Below are positions 55,262 to 64,000 of a DNA stretch of 64,000 nucleotides, piece after piece; within the stretch, counting starts at the first letter, position 1, and every line of letters starts with the position of its first letter. Source of the stretch: Octopus vulgaris (Eukaryota); the NCBI GenBank assembly GCA_951406725.2, contig OX597818.1, forward strand, positions 125,178,001 through 125,242,000, written 5' to 3'. A model generated the notes under the pieces. The model ran no database searches and was not told where the DNA came from. It saw only the letters and a list, made by a program, of their open reading frames with translations. Position numbers and translations under genes: made by a program.

Positions 55262-55898
55262 TATGTATGTATGTATGTATGTATGTATGTATGTATGTAT
55301 GTATGTATGTATGTATGTATGTATGTATGTATGTGTGTATGTATGTACGTACGTACGTACGTATGTATGTATGTATGTATGTATGTATGTACGTATGTAC
55401 GTATGTATGTATGTACGTACTACGTATGTGTGTATGTATGTATGTACGTATGTATATAAGTATGTATGTATGTATGTATGTATGTATGTATGTATGTATG
55501 TATGTATGTATGTACGTACGTACGTACGTATGTATGTATGTATGTATGTATGTATGTATGTATGTACGTATGTATGTACGTACTACGTATGTAAGTATGT
55601 ATGTACGTATGTATGTATGTATGTATGTATGTATGTACGTACGTACGTACGTACGTATGTATGTATGTATGTATGTACGTATGTATGTATGTACGTATGT
55701 ACGTACGTATGTATGTATGTATGTATGTATGTACGTACTACGTATGTATGTATGTATGTATGTACTATGTATGTATGTACTACGTACGTACGTATGTATA
55801 TATGTATGTACGTATGTATGTATGTACGTATGTACGTATGTATGTATGTATGTATGTATGTATGTATGTATGTATGTATGTATGTATGTATGTATGTA
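55262..55898. repeat. (TATG)n with interspersed TACG/TAC variants
   Basis: ~640 bp tract. Confidence 0.97.
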
Positions 55899-56144
55899 TC
55901 TATCTATCTATCTCTCTCTTTCGCTTTCTCTTTATCTATCTCTCTATCTTTTCCTCTTTTTATCAAATCGCTTTTGTAATAACGCTTTCATTGTTATCGT
56001 TTCAGTGGCGATGGCCTGGTTATGTGTTCGTGCTCTACGAGCAACAACCTCACATTGATCATACTCAGTACCATTACAGCTATCAACAAGAACCACCGCA
56101 ACAGCAACAGTTTCCTCTACAAGCACTACCTACCCCACGCCCAC

Positions 56145-57398
56145 CGTCCTATTGTCACAGCTTACTTCTATTGGCGGCGCCAAATTCGCAAACTGAGCGC
56201 TTCTTGGTCGCCATCTTCTAAATTCACGTCTTTGTCGACGTTAATGGCAGCTTCAAGCCCGAATCTGCATACAACAAGCTCCGCCTTCATTTTAGCCACG
56301 ACAGCAACGCCAAGACGAAACAAGGATACGGAGACGAGCAAACAAAAGAGAAAACCTCAGGAAATAGCGATGACGCTGCAACAGCAGAAACTTCACCGTC
56401 AGCACCAGCGTCCCCGTCATCAGCTTCATCCACATCAGCGTCCTCCTCCGCCCCCGCCACCACCACCACCACCTCCTCCTCATCCCCATCATGATTATTA
56501 TCTCTACGAGCAACAACCTCACATCGATCATACTCAGTATCATTACAGTTATCAACAAGAACCACCGCAACAGCAACAGTTTCCTCTACAAGCACTACCT
56601 ACCCCACGCCCACCGTCCTCAACTCCCCCTCCGCCACCGTCCCCTCTTCCATCTCCACCGCCAAGTCCACCACCGTCATCAACACCTTCGCTTTTATCGT
56701 CACCTCCGCCGCTGCCGCCGTTCGACAAGGGCGACTGTACCAGCAGAACAGCGTCATCAATGGTGACCCATAATTTCAATAGCAACACCAATGTTTCTTC
56801 AGAAAGAACTCCTCAGAACAGTAACGATTGGTATCAGAAACTGACAAACACCAGCTTGACGCTTGGAGAACGAAACGAAGAATCCGTTTCATTTTCAGAT
56901 CCGGATTTTACATTCAAGCGCTCTTCGACCCGCTGCTATTTTCAGCTTTGTTGGTTACTGTACGAAACCTTGTTTGTTTCGGCCATATCGGTGGGTTCAA
57001 TCTATCTCATCGAACTTCTACCGCAGCTTAGACAGCAACCAGAACGCCGCACGGTGTCATTTGCCGATATCGGTGTGAATTGCATCAATTCTTTATTGAT
57101 ATTCTCCGAAGTCTTCATATGTGCTTACCCAGTTCGCCTTTTGCATGTAATTTATCCGATAATTTATGCCATTTCTTATATTGTATTTAGTTTAGCTTAT
57201 TGGTCTTATGATACTGAAGCAAACGTCATCTATCCCAGCATTCTAAATTGGAACAATCCCGGCTTGACCGCAGCTCAAATTGTCTTGCTTGTGTTCGTTG
57301 TTATTCCGCTGTTGAATGTAGTGCATTTCGGTCTTTATCACTTGCGGTTGTTCATTTACAGACAGATATATATGGAAGATTACTTATTTATCTTATAA
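56145..57398 (+). CDS. rost: Rolling stone-like multi-pass membrane protein, terminal exon (probable acceptor at 56005; 5' part disrupted)
   Basis: C-terminus FQLCWLLYET...GVNCINSLLIFSEVFICAYPVRLLHVIYPIIYAISYIVFSLAYW...IYPSILNWNNPG resembles the rolling stone family (recalled); TTTCAG|WRWPGYVFVLY upstream; Pro/Gln/His-rich loop. Confidence 0.72.
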   Translation, partial: RPIVTAYFYWRRQIRKLSASWSPSSKFTSLSTLMAASSPNLHTTSSAFILATTATPRRNKDTETSKQKRKPQEIAMTLQQQKLHRQHQRPRHQLHPHQRPPPPPPPPPPPPPHPHHDYYLYEQQPHIDHTQYHYSYQQEPPQQQQFPLQALPTPRPPSSTPPPPPSPLPSPPPSPPPSSTPSLLSSPPPLPPFDKGDCTSRTASSMVTHNFNSNTNVSSERTPQNSNDWYQKLTNTSLTLGERNEESVSFSDPDFTFKRSSTRCYFQLCWLLYETLFVSAISVGSIYLIELLPQLRQQPERRTVSFADIGVNCINSLLIFSEVFICAYPVRLLHVIYPIIYAISYIVFSLAYWSYDTEANVIYPSILNWNNPGLTAAQIVLLVFVVIPLLNVVHFGLYHLRLFIYRQIYMEDYLFIL

Positions 57399-59307
57399 AT
57401 AACATCATTCATTATTTTTATGTACAAAAATTATAAAAACAAAAATAAAAATATCAAGTCAAGCAACGACGTGAACACAAAGAAACCCCTCTTCAAAATA
57501 ATGAGTTTTGTTTGCAGAGTTATGATTAAACAGTGATCTACCTCTCACCCACAGATGCCTTAATTTCTGCTATAAAAATCAAACCTAAAACGTGTACAGA
57601 ATGTGCAAAGAGAAGACAAGTCCAGTAGTGTATTATTTATAGAAGTGAAATAAAAGGTTTCACGTGGTAATTGAAACCGTGTAAAGTATTAAACTAAATT
57701 TTTTATGATAGTTTTTTTCTCTCTGATTAACAACCTCCGAGAAAAATTTGGTATGGAGGAACAAAATTCTTTTCGATCCCCAGCAGTTGTGGTATGTACT
57801 CTCAAAATTCAAGAAAGCTGGTAATGCTTTTTTAAAGAATTTAGTGAAGGCACCCACTTGGCTCTCCGAATTCCGGACCAATGTACCAACTATTACTCTT
57901 TTATTGGATAAGCTGATTAAGCTATATCTTTCACAGGTCTCACACATGGCTGTGTAGTTAAAAGCTTCCTCCGCAACTACGTGCATTATGGTTGGATCCT
58001 ACTGCAAAACTATTTAGGCAAATAGCTTTATGTTGATTGAAGCATTGGGAGAGAAATCTGGTAGACGGAATCTATGAATGCTTGTTGAGAGAACTCTGTT
58101 CTCAGGTGGTATATTTAAACCATTGTTAATCAATCACTCGGTTAACACCATCAACCAGTGACTCTTAGGTTCTTTTAAGCATTCACACTTGTTACTGATT
58201 TCAGGATAACCTTCTTCCTTTCTTTCAACACTCATGAGACTCTATAAAAGGCATTACACTTTCTCTCTGCAAAGCCATAAAAAAAAAACAATAATTAGCT
58301 CGGGAATTTAATGCACAATTTAAAACGACAAAGGTCTGTATTTCTTACTTTTACTAACAATGTAAGTGAAAGCAGTGTCATGTAACATAATCAACTAGCA
58401 CTTGAAACAGCATCACTTTCCCCCAGTATTTGTGTTTTCTAACTGAAATAACTACTGATGCTTTGTATCGACAAATCCTCATTTTCTATTAAGAAATGTA
58501 TTTAGGATGTTCGTTTGAAAATTATAAAGAATCAGATAGAAATACTAAGTTCTCTCATTGCTAGCAGTTATTCAACTTTCTCGGTTATCAATAGCAAAAC
58601 GAAATCGGAGAAACGCAGCTGTACTCTCGGTGCTTCGCCAACTTTCTTTAAAGTTATTGCACTTAAAATTGTCAAGATAGACTATTTCAATGTTGCAAGG
58701 TTAGCAAAATTCTGCTAACATGTTATTTGTTATTTCTTTTTTCAGTGATTCTCCATAATGGTCTTACCATTATCGAAGGAATATGGAAAACATACAACGA
58801 TTTTAGAGTTACGAAAAAAGGAAAAGTCCGGAGGGAATTAACAGATGTTATTGCTCCAAAATATGGTATAAGTGAATGACATGCTCTTCAAAGAAACAAG
58901 GATAATAAAAGAAGAAAAAAGGAAAGAGAAATCTGTTTTGTGTTCAGAAACAATCTTTCTGTGATAATTCACCGTTGATTCCCAGTTGTATCCATTTGAC
59001 GTAAGAATCCTATGAATTGAGAAAAACCATGGATTTCGAAGCAGCATGTTATTGCGTTAACTTTGGAAGAACCTCTTGGGTAAAACAGAAGCACCACTTA
59101 AAGATATAAAATTCAAAGTAAAGCTGGTTAAACCATCCATCACCTGGCCTACATCCGACGTTGGTGTTTGTACCAACCGTCTTGATTGTAAGAACTGACG
59201 GTGAATTGTTCATATGTCAGGATTCAGAATTAGTAGTCAGAAAAGTGATAAATCTTCGTGGATAGGGCGCTAAACTATCGAATAACGTCAGCTCATATTG
59301 TCTAAAG

Positions 59308-59806
59308 CAGTGGGTCTCAACAACTTTTTATTAATGTACCACCTTTGATTCTTATTTTACTCTACTGGAGCTCCATAATCATTTGCTCTATATAAAAAAA
59401 AATGTCTTATGTATCTTTATAATTAAATATTAGGTATTGTATATAAAGCAGCGAGCTGTCAGAATTGTTAGCACGCCGAGCAAAAGGCTTGACGGCATTT
59501 CGTCCATTTTTTAAAAAATTTTTACGTTCTGAGTTCAAATTCGGTCGAGGTCGACTCTGCGTTTCATCCTTTTGGGGTCGATAAAATAAGTAGCAGCTGA
59601 GCATTGGGGTCAATGTAATCAACTTACCCCTCCCCTGAAATTGCTGGTTTTGTGGTAAAATTTGAAATCAATATTAGGAATTGTATGAAAAATTAAAAAT
59701 ATTCTGTGTATTGTAGAAATATAACAAGTATATTGCACATAAATTTTAGCAACAAAATTTTATATAGACCCCCAATGGTCTGATGAACCCCAGCTGAGAA
59801 CCACCC
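59308..59806. mobile_element. hAT (Charlie-like) MITE containing a family B SINE (59447-59669)
   Basis: TIR CAGTGGGTCTCAAC / GCTGAGAACCACCC; perfect 8-bp TSD GTCTAAAG (59300-59307 / 59807-59814); SINE TSD AATATTAGGWATTGTAT. Confidence 0.85.
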
Positions 59807-60265
59807 GTCTAAAGGGAGATGTTCTATGACAAAAAACAACGACGATCATGTCCGAATCTGCCGGAGCGTACAGAGATTAAATAGATACGTTGTTGTTTGG
59901 ATTCCCGCTGATCTGTATACAGCTTATGAATTATAATCAGTTTAGCAAACATCAGGACTCATCATTAAGTAAGTGGTTTGTTGATTTCTGAGAAAAATGG
60001 CATGTACGGTTGTTGAATTCATTGGTTCGGTGGGGTGGTTTTGATTGAGAAGTCATACAATGAGGTCGAAATAACGTAGTACCTCAGAGCCCACTTAAAA
60101 CAACGGACAGCATGTGCTATTGACACACACCCCCTTAAAAGGAGGAGGTTTTCTTCGATGACGAAAAGCAGCAACGATAAGAAATTCATGTTCGAAACTG
60201 CTAAAACGTATTGAGAATGAATGGTAAACCTGGATTCTCGTTGCCCTGTGTTTATGCCGCCATGG

Positions 60266-60310
<45 letters not shown>

Positions 60311-60325
60311 TATCTTTATATATAT

Positions 60326-60530
60326 ACAGGGGCTAAACACAGATGGGACAGATAAGAACAGGCAAAGGGATTAAGCCGATTGCATTGATCCCAGTGTGTA
60401 ACTGGTACTACTTAACCCCGAAAGGATGAAAGGCAAAGTCGACCTCGGTGGGACTTGAACTCAGAACGCAACGGCAGACGAAATACCGCTAAGCATTCCA
60501 CCCGGCGGTCAAACTATTCTGCCAGCTTGC
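60326..60530 (-). mobile_element. SINE family B, diverged
   Basis: Reverse-complement homology. Confidence 0.75.
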
Positions 60531-60536
60531 AGCTAT

Positions 60537-60575
<39 letters not shown>

Positions 60576-60589
60576 ATATATATACATGC

Positions 60590-61445
60590 ACATAGCGAAG
60601 CTAAAGTATCCAGAGAGGAGCCGCTTGGTACAGATTGACCTTGAACTCTACTCTGCATGTGCAGTAAGTTTTAATGTTCTAGCTCACTTCTACTGTTTAC
60701 AGCAGTGCTTGGAAGGAAGGTGTGTAGCGTGTATTCGACGCATTGACTATGATAGAGAAAGTTGTCATGGTGATCCCTGCTCAGAGACCCTATGCAAAGT
60801 TGCAGAAAGTGTATGGAGAGGAGTGTATGAGCTGCACACAGGTGTACGAGTGGTTCAGACACTTTCAAGATGGCCGAAAAAATATAGATATTGACAAACA
60901 TTCTGGGAGTTCCGCAACCAGCAGAACTGAGTAAAATATCACAGACGTGCATGCACTGTGAGGGGAAATCGTCGAATCACCATCCGTGAGTTATCAGAGG
61001 ATGTGCAGATTAGTTACGGTCCAATTCAGTCCATTATCGTTGAAGATTTGGGTATGAGACGCGTATCTGCCTAGTTTCTATTAAAACTGTTTTCAGCTGA
61101 CCAAAGTGACACTCGGGTTTCAGCTGTACAAGATCGTGATTGTGTTGAGAACGATGAAAACTTTTTGAAAACTTTGCATAGGCCTCTGAGCAAGTATCGC
61201 CAAGCTTTTGGCCAAATTTTATGCAGATTCTCTGCTCAGCTTTCTCTATCATGGTCAATACGACGATCACACGCTGCACACCTTCCTTCCAGTATTGCTG
61301 TAAACGGCAGAAGTGAGCTAGAAGGTTAAAACTTAGTGCGCATGCACTACAGACTTCAAGGCCCATCTGTGTCAAGCGGCTTCACTTGGGGTCCTTTAGC
61401 TTCGTTACTATGGCAAAAGTCTGAATACTTATTGATCAGACCACG
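60590..61445. mobile_element. mariner-derived fold-back element (two inverted 5' ends)
   Basis: + strand AYAKLQKVYGEECMSCTQVYEWFRHFQDGR-like HTH; - strand MIEKAEQRICIKFGQKLGDTCSEAYAKF; ~60590-60810 is inverted to ~61160-61412. Confidence 0.8.
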
Positions 61446-61459
61446 TATATATATAACTG

Positions 61460-61655
<196 letters not shown>

Positions 61656-61706
61656 AATATATATATATATATAACTGCATCTATATACATATATAAACGT
61701 GTGTGC

Positions 61707-61770
<64 letters not shown>

Positions 61771-61991
61771 ATATATGGAATGTTGTCATGCGTATGTGGG
61801 TGTTTGTGTGTGCGTGTGTGCGTGCTTGTGCGTGTGTGTATGTACATGTGTGTGTGTGTGTGTGTGTGTATGTGATGAAAGAGAGATACATATTTAAACA
61901 CACGGACATATAGACTATTATATGCAGTTAAATGGTTATTCTCCAACGACACATGACTTGCTAAAATAACATCAAACACACCCACAAGCAC

Positions 61992-62045
<54 letters not shown>

Positions 62046-62392
62046 ACATACACACAACCAATTCATACACAAACATGCACATATATGTTTGTCCGTATAT
62101 TTCTTTTTTTTTTTTCCTTTTCTTAGAAGAACTATTATTTGAATTTCGAGATAGGTTACCATATATCTCTCTACATACATTATCTACAACAGTGTAACAA
62201 CAGCCTCCTCACCACTAAATAAACACGCGTGTCTGGATCAAAATAATCAATGTCGCCATTGATATTATTATCTGGCTGGAAAAACAGAGGATAAATACCT
62301 ATTTTAACTGGGTTCGGAAACCATAAAAAAGGACTTTTTGGATACTCACGCAAACCACTAATGTTTCATATTTACAAACGCACACAGTCACC

Positions 62393-62456
<64 letters not shown>

Positions 62457-62503
62457 CATACATACTACATACATACTACATACATACTTACATATATATA
62501 TAT

Positions 62504-62556
<53 letters not shown>

Positions 62557-62597
62557 TGCATACTTGGATTTGATGTCATGGACGGCATTTTCCGCTA

Positions 62598-62662
<65 letters not shown>

Positions 62663-62665
<3 letters not shown>

Positions 62666-63050
62666 TATATAAAATCCTTTCTGTCTGTCTGTCTGTGTGT
62701 CTTGTAGGGTCTCGGGTATCCTCCATCCGATTGCGCTCAAATTTAATATGTAGATACCAACTGTATCAGGGCGTGTATAAGTCTTGTAAAAATTACAAAA
62801 ATCGATTCCAGGTGAGAATGCGATCGATAAAGCCGTGGGAACGTGCATTTATACGCGCAAGTACATCAGCTTTTGCGATCGATACTACGCGTACGCGAGA
62901 AAAATGCACGTGCAGTTTGCGCAAAAAAATCCGGCTGTTTTGAAATAATGCCACAAAATGGGACTGTTGGACAAGTTGTTTTGAAAATATTTGGTTTAAA
63001 TGTTTGACAACTCAGCACAATCCATTGGACGGGTTGGGGGCGTTTTGCTC
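62663..63050 (+). mobile_element. Possible Helitron/HINE-like fragment
   Basis: TATATAAAATCC(TGTC)n...CATCCGATTGCGCTCAAATTT resembles the 5' organisation of 18522-18907. Confidence 0.4.
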
Positions 63051-64000
63051 GTATATATATATATATATATATACACATACACACACACATACACTTGCAT
63101 ACTTGGATGTGATGTCATGGACGGCATTTTCTGCTAATACTATGTATTTACGTATATGTATAAGTATGTATGAACGTGTGTATGTAAGTATACATATATG
63201 TATGCATGTAGATATGTACACACACGCACTCACGTGCGCGCACGCACGCACAGAGGCACATACACAGGGCACTTTATGTGTGAATCTCGAAGCGGGTAGC
63301 ATTAGTGTGTTGGCTCCAGGATCATGAGATCGTGCGTTCAATTCCTGGACTGGATAGCGGGTAGTTTCTTCATCGAGGAAGGCATTTCATTTGACGTTTC
63401 TCCAATCCACTTAGCGGAAATGGGTTTCAGTCTAATGCTGGTACAGGCCCTATCCCTGCAGCTGCCGCTACCTCAAAGGTAGATGACCAAAAAGGTGTCC
63501 GTTTCTCATGATCATATTGACACGTAATGCAATTAGCGAAATCATATTCACGTGGTAGTAATGACGCTGGATTTGTTGTATACGAAACGCCGGCGTGGTT
63601 GTGTGGTAAGAAGCTTGGTTCCCACCAACATGGTTCCGAGCTCAGTTTCAGTGTGTGGTACCTTGTGCTACTGTCTTCTGCTATACCCTCTGGCCAAACA
63701 AAGTCTTGTGATGAATGGCTTTAGTAGACCGAAACTAATATTATATATATATATATATATGTAAAAAAAATACAAACTGGGACAAGAACGCAAAACATTT
63801 AGAAGACGATACAAAAAACACGGACGGGACATACGAAGCCTTCGATCTTCAGTCAAGAACGGGATCATCCTCGCAATTTCGGCTGATTAATCTTGAGAGT
63901 GCTCCGATCTGGCCAGCCCCAAAGGAAAATCTAAGTCAAGCGCATTAGATTCCTTGGAAGAAAGCCTCGAATGTATACAAAACAAGGACGGAATATATAT

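Noticed and set aside
55262-55898. Higher-order code in the TATG/TACG pattern
   Set aside because: Explained by slippage of variant units; I saw no consistent period.
57660-59290. Short ORFs downstream of the gene (57660-57986, 58515-58718, 58838-59047)
   Set aside because: No recognisable motifs; more likely 3' UTR, intergenic DNA or decayed elements.

Overview
Very AT-rich eukaryotic DNA saturated with microsatellites and transposons, with one 100-N gap. The SINE content and 5S sequence suggest a cephalopod, probably Octopus (inference). Nearly all listed ORFs are microsatellite read-throughs. Supported content: (i) one host gene remnant, a large terminal exon of a rolling-stone-like membrane protein (~56006-57398, +) disrupted by a 118-bp internal duplicate; (ii) three tRNA-derived SINE families in many copies; (iii) a young 5'-truncated RTE LINE with an open RT frame, plus CR1-group and RLE/R4-type LINE remnants; (iv) mariner/Tc1, hAT-MITE and Helitron-like remnants; (v) a 5S rRNA copy inserted inside a SINE with a 6-bp duplication. 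The most notable signal is a set of non-coding, mostly (TA)n-anchored modules carrying type I hammerhead-ribozyme motifs with palindromic helix III (Penelope-pLTR/retrozyme-like). Alongside them are three unrelated near-perfect palindromes with 155-165 bp arms, one of which carries a hammerhead in each arm. Family names come from recalled motifs, not database searches; many coordinates are approximate (about 10 bp).
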